Assembly (NCBI GenBank): GCA_963791045.1
Contig: CAWBQK010000018.1
Location: 32,001 to 96,000, forward strand
Source of the DNA: Candidatus Latescibacterota bacterium
GTDB taxonomy: Bacteria; Krumholzibacteriota; Krumholzibacteriia; WVZY01
Reading direction: 5' to 3'
Length of the DNA: 64,000 bases
This document shows, one piece after another, positions 1-11,317 of this stretch. Position numbers and translations under genes: made by a program. Position 1 is the stretch's first letter; each line of letters begins with the position of its first letter. The notes beneath the pieces were generated by a model. It was not told where the DNA came from and did no database searches. It saw only the letters and a list, made by a program, of their open reading frames with translations.

Positions 1-1
1 C

Positions 2-1837
2 GAGGTTTGTGTGGTGCCGGGAGAACAAACGTACCCGCAGATTATACAGGACGGCGAGGGTGGTTACATCGCGGCATGGAAAGATGTGCGAACGGCGGGG
101 ATCGGTATTTACGGGCAGAGAATAACGTCGGACGGGACGATTTCCTGGGGATCGATGGGGGTTGCGTACTGCACGGTTCCCGCCACGGGACTTGGCTGGC
201 CGCAGCTCATTTCCGACGGGTACCACGGTGCGATCGTCGTCTGGCACGATGAACGAACATCGGTCGATCAAAATATATACACACAGCGCGTGGACTATGA
301 CGGAAACATGCTGTGGGGGCCCGACGGCACACTCGTATGTATCGCGACGGGGGATCAGCGTTACCCGGTCCTCACATCGGATGGCGACTACGGCGCCATT
401 ATTACGTGGATGGATGCGAGCGGCGACTACGATGTATACGCTCAGCGCGTAAACGCGAACGGCGTTCCGAGATGGACGCACAACGGAAAGCCGGTGTGCA
501 CCAAGGACGGGTATTCCAACCAGATTCAGATCACGACCGATGACGCGGGCGGCGCGATCATCGCCTGGCAGGACGCGCGGCTGAGTAGCCAGTATGATCT
601 CTGGGCCCAGCGGATCGATCACGATGGTGATCCCGTGTGGCGTGTGGATGGCGTTATCGTGTGCGCGGACTATCCCGAGGACCAGACCCATCCGCGCATG
701 ATCCCCGACACGAAAGGCGGAGCGCTCTTCTGCTGGGACGACGACCGGAACACTCCATATTACGATGTGTACGCGATGCGCGTCGAACGGGCGGGATACT
801 ACGGGTATCCGTGTCCGAGAATCACGTCGGTTGAGGACGTCCCGGGCGACCAGGGTGGTTGGGTGGATGTCACGTGGTCAAGTTCGAGTCTCGATGAAGA
901 CGGCGAGCCGGTGATTGACTATTCGGTATGGCGGAAACTGAAAAGCTACACGGTGTCGTCTCTGCTCGCCAGCGGGGCGAAAGGTGTGGACGAATGGGAG
1001 TTCGACAAAGCCGCCGCCGGACCGATCTACTTCTTTGAAGAAGTGGGAGGAACAACTTACGGATGGGAGTTCATGACGATGACTCCAGCATTCCAGCACA
1101 ATAGTTATACGTTGACGATTCCTACTCTGAACGACCTGTCACCCCAAAACATGGGTTATCACTATTTCAAAGTGATCGCACACACCGCCGAACCGACCAC
1201 ATTCTGGGAATCGCCGGAATTTCAGGGCAATTCGGTCGACAATATTTCGCCGCCCGAAACCTCCGGCCTTTCGGCCGAGCAGAGCATCAGCCCTGCCGGG
1301 TTGAAGCTCACGTGGAATTCGAGTACCGCCCCCGATCTTCTCTATTACAAGATCTACCGCGGAACACCGGCGGACTTGACAATGAATGTCGAAATCGTCC
1401 TGGCGACGACGCCGGACACCACGTACTTCGACGACTAGTGGCGTTGGGACGACATCTACTACTACAAGGTGGTTGGAGTCGATATCCACTATAACGAAGG
1501 CCCGCCCGTCTGGATAGGGAGGGAAGAGGTCATCGGCATCGACCCGCCCGATATTCCACTCACTACTTATATGGAGCAGAACTATCCCAACCCGTTCAAC
1601 CCTTCGACGACGATCAAGTTCGGGTTGAAATCTCCCACGGATGTCACGCTCCGTGTGTACGACGTCTCGGGACGGCTGGTGCGTGAGATTGTAAAAGAGA
1701 ATCGCCCCGCCGGTACGTACAAGGAGAGCTGGAACGGCAGGAACTACACGGGTAAAGAAGCGGCGAGCGGCGTGTATTTCTACAGGCTCAAAGCCGGCGA
1801 TTTCATTGAATCCAAAAAGATGATTTTAACCCGTTGA
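2..1837 (+). CDS. Secreted beta-propeller-repeat protein with FN3-like domain and T9SS/FlgD-Ig-like C-terminal domain; 5'-truncated, interrupted by an in-frame TAG at 1436-1438
   Basis: ORFs 11..1438 and 1469..1837 share a frame. ~60-aa repeats DGxGGAIIxWxDxR...DxYAQR. C-terminus QNYPNPFNPSTTIKF...ASGVYFYRLKAGDFIESKKMILTR. Colinear with the downstream paralog across the TAG. Confidence 0.8.
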
Positions 1838-1921
1838 CGGTTGGACAAATGGAGGTGAATACAAATGAAATTCAGAAGCATAAATAGAAGTAAAAACCAA
1901 TCGTCAGGGAGAGGATCAATC

Positions 1922-4249
1922 ATGCGAAAGCAAATCATGAAGCTGGGCATCCTGGCCGCGCTCGTCGCGCTCAGCGCGATCGTCGTCGTGCCGGCAAGTC
2001 ACGCCGAGTGGGTGAAGGACGGAATCCCAATCGCCGTGTATGATGGCTACCAGGGTGACCAGGACGTTCTCGACGACGGCTTTGGAGGCGTGTTCATAGT
2101 CTGGCAAGACGCTCGCTTCGGCGATGACGATGTCTACGCACAGCGCGTCGACGCACTCGGCAACGAGCTGTGGACTCCCGGTGGTGTGAACGTCTCGGGA
2201 CCGCTTGCCGGCGAGCAGCGAGTGGCGCGGATGGTGGCGGATGTATCGGGCGGTTTCATCGTCGTATACGAAGACAACAACAGTGGAAACTATGACATCA
2301 AGGCACAGAATGTGGACGCCGGCGGCAATGTGCTGTGGACGCCCGGCGGTGTGACGCTCTGCTCCGAAACCGGCGATCAAAAAAATGTCGTCGTGGTATC
2401 CGACGGCGCCGGTGGGGTGATCGCTGTTTGGGAGGATTCCCGCTTCGGCGGCAAGGATGTTTACACACAGAGAGTCAACCATTCCGGGTTCGTTCAATGG
2501 GCGGCGAACGGTGTTGTCATTTGTGATGAGGCCAACGACCAGGGGGCTATCGCGGCGGTTACGAGCGGATCCGGAGGAGCATTGATTGCATGGCAGGATT
2601 TTCGCAGCGGCACGAACTTTGACGTTTACGCCCAGAGAGTCAACTCGAGCGGCGCGAGCCAATGGACAGCCGATGGCGTCGTCGTGTGCGACCAGGCGAA
2701 CAGCCAGTATTTGTGGACAATGGTGACAGACGAAGCGGATGGCGGAATCCTCGCGTGGACGGATTTGAGGAACGGAACCGACGACGATGTGTACGCACAG
2801 CGGATACTCGCGGACGGCAGTCTTGACTGGCCGGTCGCCGGTGTTGGCATTAACACGAGTTACGGCGATCAGTCGTACCCGGCCGCGGTGGCGGACGGCT
2901 CCGGAGGAGCCATAATCGCTTTCACCGCCTATGGCGGACTCAACGAGGACAACATCCGTGTGCAACGGCTGAACTCAAGCGGTTCGGCCTTGTGGTCTAC
3001 CGGTGGAAAAGAAATCTGCGGGATGGGTGGTGTCCAGGAGTTTGTGTCAATTATCCCCGCCGAGGACAGCGGCGCTTTTATCGCCTGGGAAGACGAGCGG
3101 TGGGGAAATGTCGATCTGTACATCCAGAAAGTGGACAGTCTGGGCGCCGCATCTTGGGTAAATGATGGTGTTCCAATAGTCCGCGCCGCGGACCTCCAGG
3201 TTAACATTCGTATGGCCGAAGCAAGCGACGGTGGGTGCATCGCCACGTGGATGGACAGAAGAAATGGATACTGGGATCAGTACTGCCAGCGCATAGACAA
3301 GTCGGGCGAGTGGGGTTACATGGCGCCGAAAAACCTTGTCATCAAAGACGTGCCCTACGATCAGGGTGGTTATGTGACCCTTACCTACGATGCCTCGATT
3401 CTCGACGCTTACCCGGGGACCGAGATCACGCAGTACGTAATTTATCGAAGTCTGACCGGTCCACCGTCGTACGCGTGGTCGGGTGTGGCGTCGTTTATCC
3501 CCACGTATCAGGAAACCTACACCTGGACTGAGGCGACGACGGCTGACTCGAGCGGGTCGGGGCCAGCGTACCATTACTACAAGGTTCGCGCGGGCACGGC
3601 GGATTGGGAATTTTATTGGGAGACGCTTCCCGACAGCGGCTACTCGGTGGACAACACGGTCCCGGCGGCGCCGTCGCCCGTTATCGGCGAACAAAAGATG
3701 GATCCGGGCGGGCTCGAGATCACATGGGCGGCCGGATCTGAGCCCGATCTGTCGCACTATGCCGTCTACAGGGGCACGAGCGAGGGTTTCGCCGCCACGC
3801 CCGATAACCGGATCGCGGTGCCGACCGAACCGCGTTATCTCGATAACGAATGGCAGTGGAGCAGCGGTTACTGTTACAAGATCGCAGCCGTGGATATCCA
3901 CGACAATCAAAGCGCATTCGCCGTTCTTCTTGCCGACGACGTGACCGGCGCCGACACGCCGGCCGTTCGTTACACCAATGGGCTCGAACAAAACGCGCCG
4001 AACCCGTTCAACCCGACAACTCGGATTACCTTCGAGATTGCCGACAGGGCGGATGTGTCGCTGAAGATATACGACGCACAGGGAAGGCTCGTCCGCGACG
4101 TCGTCAACCGGGCAATGGGACCGGGCCGCTATGAAGAAATGTGGGACGGCCGGGTTCACGATGGAAGTCCGGCTGCGAGCGGCGTGTATTTTTATAAATT
4201 GACCGCTGGATCGTTTATCGAAACCAAAAAGATGATCCTTCTCAAATAG
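1922..4249 (+). CDS. Secreted beta-propeller-repeat protein with FN3-like domain and T9SS/FlgD-Ig-like CTD (tandem paralog of the upstream gene)
   Basis: Signal peptide ending ASHA. About 7 repeats of DGxGGxxxxWxDxR...DVYAQRV. CTD QNAPNPFNP...ASGVYFYKL...KKMILLK. GGAGAGGA upstream of ATG 1922. Confidence 0.85.
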   Translation: MRKQIMKLGILAALVALSAIVVVPASHAEWVKDGIPIAVYDGYQGDQDVLDDGFGGVFIVWQDARFGDDDVYAQRVDALGNELWTPGGVNVSGPLAGEQRVARMVADVSGGFIVVYEDNNSGNYDIKAQNVDAGGNVLWTPGGVTLCSETGDQKNVVVVSDGAGGVIAVWEDSRFGGKDVYTQRVNHSGFVQWAANGVVICDEANDQGAIAAVTSGSGGALIAWQDFRSGTNFDVYAQRVNSSGASQWTADGVVVCDQANSQYLWTMVTDEADGGILAWTDLRNGTDDDVYAQRILADGSLDWPVAGVGINTSYGDQSYPAAVADGSGGAIIAFTAYGGLNEDNIRVQRLNSSGSALWSTGGKEICGMGGVQEFVSIIPAEDSGAFIAWEDERWGNVDLYIQKVDSLGAASWVNDGVPIVRAADLQVNIRMAEASDGGCIATWMDRRNGYWDQYCQRIDKSGEWGYMAPKNLVIKDVPYDQGGYVTLTYDASILDAYPGTEITQYVIYRSLTGPPSYAWSGVASFIPTYQETYTWTEATTADSSGSGPAYHYYKVRAGTADWEFYWETLPDSGYSVDNTVPAAPSPVIGEQKMDPGGLEITWAAGSEPDLSHYAVYRGTSEGFAATPDNRIAVPTEPRYLDNEWQWSSGYCYKIAAVDIHDNQSAFAVLLADDVTGADTPAVRYTNGLEQNAPNPFNPTTRITFEIADRADVSLKIYDAQGRLVRDVVNRAMGPGRYEEMWDGRVHDGSPAASGVYFYKLTAGSFIETKKMILLK

Positions 4250-4276
4250 TTTGAGGTTCTGCAGTGGGCTCGCGCA

Positions 4277-4315
4277 AAAACGCCCGGCGGCCGAGAAGTG
4301 GCTGCCGGGCGTTTT
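4277..4315 (+). terminator. Intrinsic terminator hairpin
   Basis: AAAA-CGCCCGGCGGCC / GGCTGCCGGGCG-TTTT just after the stop at 4249. Confidence 0.75.
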
Positions 4316-4395
4316 CCTGCTATTTTGATTCTGATGATATCTTGATATGGTATACTACCGGCGCGACCCCACGCACCCCAATCGGAGGAATCGGT

Positions 4396-5454
4396 ATGTT
4401 GTTTCGATCACTGCTATTGGCAGGTTTCGTACTTCTTTTGTTCGCTCCCGTGCGCGCACAGGTCGATGGCCCCGTCGGAGCCGAGCTTGGCGATCTCGAG
4501 GAACTCTTCATAAAACCGTTTGGTGTCCGCAATCAGGGTATGGGTTGGGGTGGGGTGGCCGATGGAACGGTTGCTGCAAACTTTTACTACAATCCCGCTA
4601 ACCTGTTGTCTCACCGTGGGTTCGAGCTTGCTTTCGAAACCCAGAACTGGATGGATGAGCTCGATTTTTACAACGGCGGCGCGGCGGCGAGATTCAAGAT
4701 CGGTAAAAGCGAAACACGGAAGTACCACATCTCAACGGCGATATGGAACGGGCGGCAAAAGAACGTCTACCATAGCATGGGCGAAACGATTGAAACGACA
4801 AACTGGTATCTGAATTGCGCCCTGGCGTTCGGAATGCAAACCGAACGTTTCGAAATTGGTGTCGGCGCCGCCGTCAAGCCGGCGTTTGTGGAGTTCGAGT
4901 CCTTCGATCAGGACGCCACAGCGTGGGCGTTCGATGTCGGTTTCAAACTTGGTGGTCTTCTGATGGACAAGAGAGGGCACAAGCTTGCGGGATATGGCGG
5001 GGCCAGCATCCTCAACTTTGGTAGCGACGCCGAGTCGCAAGACGCGATGTCCGAGCTTCCGACCGACATACGCGCGGGCGTGTCGTTCCGTTACAGCTCG
5101 CCGCCGACGAGCACACGCGCGCAGACAATGATCTCCGCTCTCACCATCACAATGAATGCCGAAATCGTCGACCGGTCGCTTCGGCGCGAGATCGACATGT
5201 CGAGCGGTGCGAAGAGCCCGCCGATGGGATCGATGATTGGCGCCGAGTTGTGTTTTTACAATGTTTTCAATTTTCGTTACGGTTACATGGACGATGGCAT
5301 CGGCAGCGGAATCAATTCCGAGACTTACGGCGCCGGGTTGCAGTTCTCCAGCGAAAAGTTTGAGGCGGCCCTGGATATTTCTCACCTTCCGGAACTCTAT
5401 TCGGGTGGTTCCGGCGTGACATCGACGGGGTTCAGTTTGGCCTGGTTCTTCTAG
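4396..5454 (+). CDS. PorV/PorQ-family (FadL-like) outer-membrane beta-barrel
   Basis: GGAGG RBS before ATG 4396. Signal peptide. N-terminal motif PFGVRNQGMGWGGVAD...FYYNPANL typical of PorV/PorQ-like proteins. Amphipathic strands and terminal WFF. Confidence 0.65.
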   Translation: MLFRSLLLAGFVLLLFAPVRAQVDGPVGAELGDLEELFIKPFGVRNQGMGWGGVADGTVAANFYYNPANLLSHRGFELAFETQNWMDELDFYNGGAAARFKIGKSETRKYHISTAIWNGRQKNVYHSMGETIETTNWYLNCALAFGMQTERFEIGVGAAVKPAFVEFESFDQDATAWAFDVGFKLGGLLMDKRGHKLAGYGGASILNFGSDAESQDAMSELPTDIRAGVSFRYSSPPTSTRAQTMISALTITMNAEIVDRSLRREIDMSSGAKSPPMGSMIGAELCFYNVFNFRYGYMDDGIGSGINSETYGAGLQFSSEKFEAALDISHLPELYSGGSGVTSTGFSLAWFF

Positions 5455-5566
5455 GGGATTGTCTCGGCCGGGCACGCGGGACTCTTACGAGTAGTCTACG
5501 AAAAGAGCGGGGGGCGCTTTGCGCTCCCCTATATTATATAGTCACGAATTTTCAAAGAGAGTAACC

Positions 5567-7075
5567 ATGCTTTCCAAAAGATATCTCATCCCAATCATTG
5601 CGCTGGTTCTTCTCGCCGCCAGCGGCCCCGAGGTCTTTGGTGGGGAAAGATCGCGGCGGCACGCGCGTGAACTCGATCGCTACATGACGAGGCTCAACGA
5701 GATCGAGCGGCTCAACGGCGCCGTTCTCGTTGTCGAAGATGGCGGGGTCATTTACAAAAAGGCGTTTGGTTTTGCGGATTTTGAATGGAAGACACTGAAT
5801 ACGACGGACACGAGTTTCCGTGTCGGGTCGATTACGAAGACCTTCACAGCCGTCCTCACAATGCAGCTCGTGGAGGAGGGAAAGATCGATCTCGACGGTG
5901 TTATAAATGATTATCTCCCTGACTATCCGCCCAAACAGGGGGGTAAGGTCAAGATCCGCCATCTCGTCACGCATATGTCGGGGATTCCGAATTACGTGAG
6001 GGATATTCCCGAAATGCGCGGCGAAAATGCTCCCTGGTGGACCACCACGTATGAGCCCGGCGAGTTTATCGATTGTTTCTCGACACAGGAGTTGAGATTC
6101 GAACCGGGGACGAAGTTCGAATACTGCAATTCGGGTTTCTACCTTCTCGGGGTCATTATCGAAAAGGTGACCGGCAAAACATACGCAGAACTCCTCGATG
6201 AAAGAATACTGACACCGCTCGAAATGTCCGGAACCGGATATTGGGATATGCGGATGATTGTTCCTAAAAGGGCGAAGGGTCACTATCAGAGTCTCGAGGG
6301 GTACCAGAACGGCAGATACGTAAGTCAGACGGTGATGTTCTCCGCGGGCGGGATGTGTTCGACGGTCGAAGACCTCTACCGATACGATCGGGCGCTCTAC
6401 ACCGATATCCTGTTATCCGAAGAATCGCGGGCATTGATGTTTTCGCAGCACCATCGAAACAAGAAGACCGGACGCGGTTACGGCCTTGGCTGGTTTGTGG
6501 GTGCGCTAGACGTGCCTGGGTTGGACAGAAAATTGCCGTATGTCGGGCACGCGGGTGACGGGCCGGGGTTCTTTGGTTACATGATGCGGTTCGTGGAGGA
6601 TGACGACATGGTCGTGTTTCTCACCAACACGAATGGACTCAATATGAACAACTCCGCGGATATCGTTGCGTCGGTTGTTTCCATCCTCAACGACATACCG
6701 ATTGATACACCAAAACAGTCGATTATGCGCGTACTTTACAAAACGATAGATGAGGACGGTATCGAAGCGGCGGTGTCCCAGTACCACGATCTCAAAAAAC
6801 ACCACGCCGGTTTGTACTTGTTCGACGAGTCCGAATTGAATCGGTTGGGATATTCGTTTCTTGGGGACGGCCGGTTTGATGTCGCGATAGAAATATTCAA
6901 ATTGAACGTGGAGGCGTATCCTGAATCCGCAAACGCCTACGACAGTCTTGGTGAGGCATACATGAAGAGCGGCGAGAAATCGCTCGCGATCGACAACTAC
7001 AGAAAATCCCTCGAACTCGACCCTGACAGTGAAAACGCGGTCAAGATGCTCGAACGTCTCGAGGCCGGTGATTAG
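5567..7075 (+). CDS. Serine hydrolase (AmpC/peptidase S12-like) with C-terminal TPR
   Basis: SxxK (GSITK), YxN (YCN) and HAG motifs. LVTHMSGIP. Signal peptide. C-terminal TPR (YPESANAYDSLGEAY...YRKSLELDP). Confidence 0.9.
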   Translation: MLSKRYLIPIIALVLLAASGPEVFGGERSRRHARELDRYMTRLNEIERLNGAVLVVEDGGVIYKKAFGFADFEWKTLNTTDTSFRVGSITKTFTAVLTMQLVEEGKIDLDGVINDYLPDYPPKQGGKVKIRHLVTHMSGIPNYVRDIPEMRGENAPWWTTTYEPGEFIDCFSTQELRFEPGTKFEYCNSGFYLLGVIIEKVTGKTYAELLDERILTPLEMSGTGYWDMRMIVPKRAKGHYQSLEGYQNGRYVSQTVMFSAGGMCSTVEDLYRYDRALYTDILLSEESRALMFSQHHRNKKTGRGYGLGWFVGALDVPGLDRKLPYVGHAGDGPGFFGYMMRFVEDDDMVVFLTNTNGLNMNNSADIVASVVSILNDIPIDTPKQSIMRVLYKTIDEDGIEAAVSQYHDLKKHHAGLYLFDESELNRLGYSFLGDGRFDVAIEIFKLNVEAYPESANAYDSLGEAYMKSGEKSLAIDNYRKSLELDPDSENAVKMLERLEAGD

Positions 7076-7205
7076 TGCCGCGGGGGGCGTTTGAACTCCG
7101 TTGCATATTGTTGAGCAATGACTTAGAATGAGCGCTTAACGATACTGGGAGCGGATAACCAGTTCGAATACCCCACCAGATTTCAATCCTCAGAAGGAGC
7201 ACCTG

Positions 7206-8991
7206 ATGGACAAACGTGTATTCTTTGCCGTGTTTGCCTGTATAACCATGGCGCTTGCCGTCGCGACGCCGGTGAATGCGCAAAATATCGACGCCAAGGA
7301 GTACCGGCTCGACAACGGCATGCAGGTTTTGATGGTCGAACGCCACGAGGCGCCGACGATCATGGCCTCGATATTCGCCAGGGTCGGTTCGGCAAACGAA
7401 ACAACGGGGATTACCGGAATCTCCCACCTGTTCGAACACATGATGTTCAAGGGAACCGCAACAATCGGCACCAAGGATAGCAAACGCGACCGCGAAATCA
7501 TGGCCGAACTCGACTCGCTCAGGGTGCTCATGCGCGCCGAAGAGAGGATCATGCGCGAGAAACTCCGGCGCGGCGAGATCGACGACATGCTCGATCCGGA
7601 AGCGAAGACGGATCGCTACCGCGAACTCGACAAGGTATTCGACGCGTTGATCGACGAACAACATGAATTGATCATCAAAGATCAGCTCGACGAAATCTAC
7701 ACGAAGAACGGCGGGTTTTTCCTCAACGCGTTCACATCGGACGATATGACCGGGTATTTTATCCGGCTTCCAAAAAACAAAATCGAATTATATATGTGGC
7801 TCGAATCGGATCGTTTCGGCGGCCCCGTCTTCCGCGAATTCTATTCCGAGAGGGATGTTGTGCGCGAGGAACGCCGGTTGGGCGTGGATTCGACGCCGAC
7901 GGGACTGTATCGAGGAGGATTTCCGGGCGATGTTCTGGAAATCGTCGTCGTATCACTGGGATGTGATTGGCTGGTCGTCCGATTTGGGGAGCATTACCCG
8001 TGAGCAGGCCAACCAGTACTTCGGCACGTACTACGCCCCGAACAATCTCACCATGATCCTTGTCGGCGACCTCGAACCCGACAAGATGATAAAACTAGTA
8101 AAGAAATACTTCGAACGTATCCCGCGCGGAACGACCGAGCCGCCCGACGTGGTCACTCTCGAAGAGAAGCAGTACGGTGAAAAACGTTTGATCGCCGAGG
8201 CGGAGACGTCTCCGCAGGCGGAAATCTGGTATCACACCGTGGCCTGGAAACACGCGGACAGCTACGCTCTCCAGGTGCTGGCCGGAGTCATGAACGGCAA
8301 GACGGGCCGTTTGTTCAAGAAGCTCGTCGAGGAAAAAGAAATCGCCAAGAGCACGGGACCCGGCGGGATGCGAATGTTTGGGGGCAGCGATCTTGCGGTC
8401 AACGCTTCCCAAGAATCCATGAAGTACGCCGGCGCTTTTCAGTTGAGCGCCGAGGGTGTTTCCGGCGTTCGTGCCGAGCAACTTGAAGAAGCCATATACG
8501 AGGTTATGGATGATCTCAAGACCAACCCCGTCTCCGACGAAGAACTCCAGAAAGTGAAAAACCAGCTTCGAGTGGAGTCGATACGTTTTATGGACATCAT
8601 GTCGGGGATCGGTGTCTTGTTCTATCTCGGGCAGCACGCTGCGTTGGGCGACTGGACGGAGGCGAACAATAACCCCGAAATGTGCGATCGTGTAACGGCG
8701 GAGGATGTCCAGCGCGTCGCCAATGCTTACTTTGCCAACGATCAGCGAAACGTTTTGATTATCAATCCCAAGAGCGACGGGGAAGGAGAAGAGCCGGTTG
8801 ATCCACGATATGCTCAGGCGCTCCAGATGATCGAATCGATAGACGATCCCGCCCAGATGGAACAAATGATCGGTATGTTCTCCTCTCGAATTGACCAGGT
8901 CGAGGATCCCGAGCAAAAGGCACGGATGGAAAAACTGCTCGAGATCGCCAATGAACGACTAAAGAAACTCAAGGCCGCCGAGAAAAACTAA
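7206..8991 (+). CDS. M16B zinc peptidase, catalytic subunit; +1 frameshift near 7908
   Basis: HxxEH (HLFEH), NAFTS and ERDVVREERR. The frame changes at GGACTG[T]ATCGAG; removing one base gives ...PTGLIEEDFRAMFW... and a 594-aa protein joining ORFs 7206..8003 and 7855..8991. Confidence 0.85.
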
Positions 8992-9006
8992 GAAGGAGAA
9001 TTACAA

Positions 9007-10515
9007 ATGAAAAAGTTTTTTGCAAAGCGGTTTTCCATTTCGGCTGTTTTTGTGACGGCCGTAGCGGTGGCCGCGGTTCTGGTCGTATCGTCAGCCGCAT
9101 GGGCGGGGAAGATTGTCGACCACCCCGACAAGCTCAAATACAAAGAGTTGAAATATCAGCCGCCGAAGCCGGACGGATACCGGCACACACTCGAGTGCGG
9201 CGCCGTGGCCTATATCGCGGAGAACTCCGAAGTCCCCACCTTTGACCTCACGGTGCTGATCCGCACCGGTTCGATGTACGAACCTGTAGACAAGGCGGGT
9301 CTGGCCGATATGACCGCTCGTCTGATGCGAGAAGGCGGCGTCGAGGGAATGACGGCCAAGGAGCTTGACGAGAAACTCGCATTCCTGGCCGGCGATATCT
9401 CGATCACGATTGACGGATCGCGGGGCGCGGCCACTCTCTTTTGCCTGTCAAAAGACATGGACGAGGGTCTCGATCTTTTTAAAAAGGTGTTGCGGTCGCC
9501 GGCCTTCGATGACGAAGCGCTCAAACGCTACCGCACCGACGTGCTGTCGGAGCTCGAGCAGCGGAATTCGAGCACATCCTCGATAGAGTCCCGCGAGTGG
9601 CAGTTTCTCATGTACGGTGCCCACCCCTGTACGATGCCGTACCGCCGCACCGGAGAGACAGTCAACTCGATCACGCGCGAGGACATGGTCAATTTTCACA
9701 AAACCTACTTTTTCCCGAAGAACTTCATTTTTGCCGTGTCCGGTGATTTCAAAACGGATGACGTGCTGAAGAAGCTCAATGGTTTGCTCGCCGGTTGGCC
9801 GGATCAGCCGCTCGACCTCGCGGTGGTCCCGGCCGAGATCCCCGACCCAAAACCCGGTGTCTATATGATTGCGAAAGAGGATGTTAATCAGTCGCGTATC
9901 CGCCTGGGGCATATCGGCGTCACGAGGGATATTCCCGACCAGTACGCGCTTATGGTAATGAATGACATACTCGGCGGCGGCGGGTTCACCTCACGGATCG
10001 TACGCCGTGTGCGGTCGGACGAGGGTCTTGCCTACAGCGCGGGAAGCCGTTTTGACCGGCCCGTCTTGTACCAGGGAACATTCCGTTCCTGGTTCCAGAC
10101 CAAGCATGCGACGGCGGCGTTCGGCACCAGGTTGATCGTCGATGAAATCGACCGTATCCGCACCGAAAAATGCGATGAAGAAATTGTCGAAAACGCCAAG
10201 GCGAGCTTTATCAGCAATGTCGTCAATCCGTTCAGCAGCACGAAGAACATCGTCGGCACGTTTGCGAGCGATGACTTCACGGGACGGCCGGACGACTACT
10301 GGCAGCAGTACACAAAGAACATGGGTGCGGTAACCCCCGACGATGTTCTTGCCGTGGCGAAGAAATATCTTCACCCCGACAAACTCGTGTTCCTTGTTGT
10401 CGGCGACCCGGAGGCGGTCAAGATGGGTTCTGACAAGCAGGACGACCGTTTTACCGATTTTGGTGAAATCACCATTTTGCCCCTGCGTGACCCGATGACT
10501 CTCAAGGCCGAGTAA
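9007..10515 (+). CDS. M16B peptidase, non-catalytic partner subunit
   Basis: M16 fold motifs (GSMYEP, GLADMTA) without HxxEH. Conserved R/Y pair in VRSDEGLAY. Signal peptide. 15 bp downstream of the catalytic subunit. Confidence 0.88.
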   Translation: MKKFFAKRFSISAVFVTAVAVAAVLVVSSAAWAGKIVDHPDKLKYKELKYQPPKPDGYRHTLECGAVAYIAENSEVPTFDLTVLIRTGSMYEPVDKAGLADMTARLMREGGVEGMTAKELDEKLAFLAGDISITIDGSRGAATLFCLSKDMDEGLDLFKKVLRSPAFDDEALKRYRTDVLSELEQRNSSTSSIESREWQFLMYGAHPCTMPYRRTGETVNSITREDMVNFHKTYFFPKNFIFAVSGDFKTDDVLKKLNGLLAGWPDQPLDLAVVPAEIPDPKPGVYMIAKEDVNQSRIRLGHIGVTRDIPDQYALMVMNDILGGGGFTSRIVRRVRSDEGLAYSAGSRFDRPVLYQGTFRSWFQTKHATAAFGTRLIVDEIDRIRTEKCDEEIVENAKASFISNVVNPFSSTKNIVGTFASDDFTGRPDDYWQQYTKNMGAVTPDDVLAVAKKYLHPDKLVFLVVGDPEAVKMGSDKQDDRFTDFGEITILPLRDPMTLKAE

Positions 10516-10645
10516 CGACTCTGTTGCAAGCCAAACACTTAGTAAAATCCCCGTTATGGGGCTTTTGCTTTGTCCGGGGACGGTGTATCGTTGCTCCCGT
10601 CGGCAAAGTGCTTGCCGCACGCCTTGTTCACCCAGGGAGAAATTG

Positions 10646-11317
10646 ATGAGAATGACGATTTCGCGCGCGGTTATTGTTGGCTTTCTTGTGCTCGTGCTCT
10701 TTGTGAGTCTTCCGACGAGCTCCTCGGCGGCCGAAATGCGATTCGGAGCGACCGCCGGGCTCAATTGGACGAGCCTCAACGGGGATGCCCCGGCAAACGC
10801 AAAGTACAATCGCGCCATGGGATTTGGCGCCGGGTTGCTTGTTGATTTTGAGTTGACCGAGGATGTAGCCCTTAGCGTTCAGCCGATGTACGTCCAGCGT
10901 GGCACCAATATCGCCTACAAAGTGGGGGACGAGGAGCCGCGGGACAGTCTCGAAGTGCGGATCGATTACATCGATTGTCTTGTCCTCGCGAAAGTGTTCA
11001 CGGACAGCGAGCGTTTTTATGTCTCCAGCGGGTTGGGTTTCGGGATTGTGACCAGCGCGAACTTGAAAGATATTCACGCGGGGGATACAGATGCGAAATC
11101 GCTTTTCGCGGATTACGATATATCCGTCGTTTTTGGCGTGGGGTATGTGATACCGGCGAGGAGTTCGCTTTTGACCGTTGAGCTGCGTTATCAGCAGAGC
11201 CTGCGCAGCGTGGCCGACCCCGATGCGCTTGCGTCGGAGAGCGGTCTCACTCCGCGGATGCGGTTCAGCGGGTTCCAGGTATTGGCGTCGGTGATGTTTC
11301 CAAGGAATCACAAATGA
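10646..11317 (+). CDS. Small outer-membrane beta-barrel (PorT-like / porin family)
   Basis: Signal peptide. FGATAGLN...GFGAGLLVDF...VQPMYVQRG...IDYID pattern of 8-stranded OMP barrels. Confidence 0.65.
   Translation: MRMTISRAVIVGFLVLVLFVSLPTSSSAAEMRFGATAGLNWTSLNGDAPANAKYNRAMGFGAGLLVDFELTEDVALSVQPMYVQRGTNIAYKVGDEEPRDSLEVRIDYIDCLVLAKVFTDSERFYVSSGLGFGIVTSANLKDIHAGDTDAKSLFADYDISVVFGVGYVIPARSSLLTVELRYQQSLRSVADPDALASESGLTPRMRFSGFQVLASVMFPRNHK

Noticed and set aside
1436-1438. Genome-wide TAG reassignment
   Set aside because: Many genes end at TAG exactly at their expected C-termini (MILLK*, WFF*, YYF*, YFF*).
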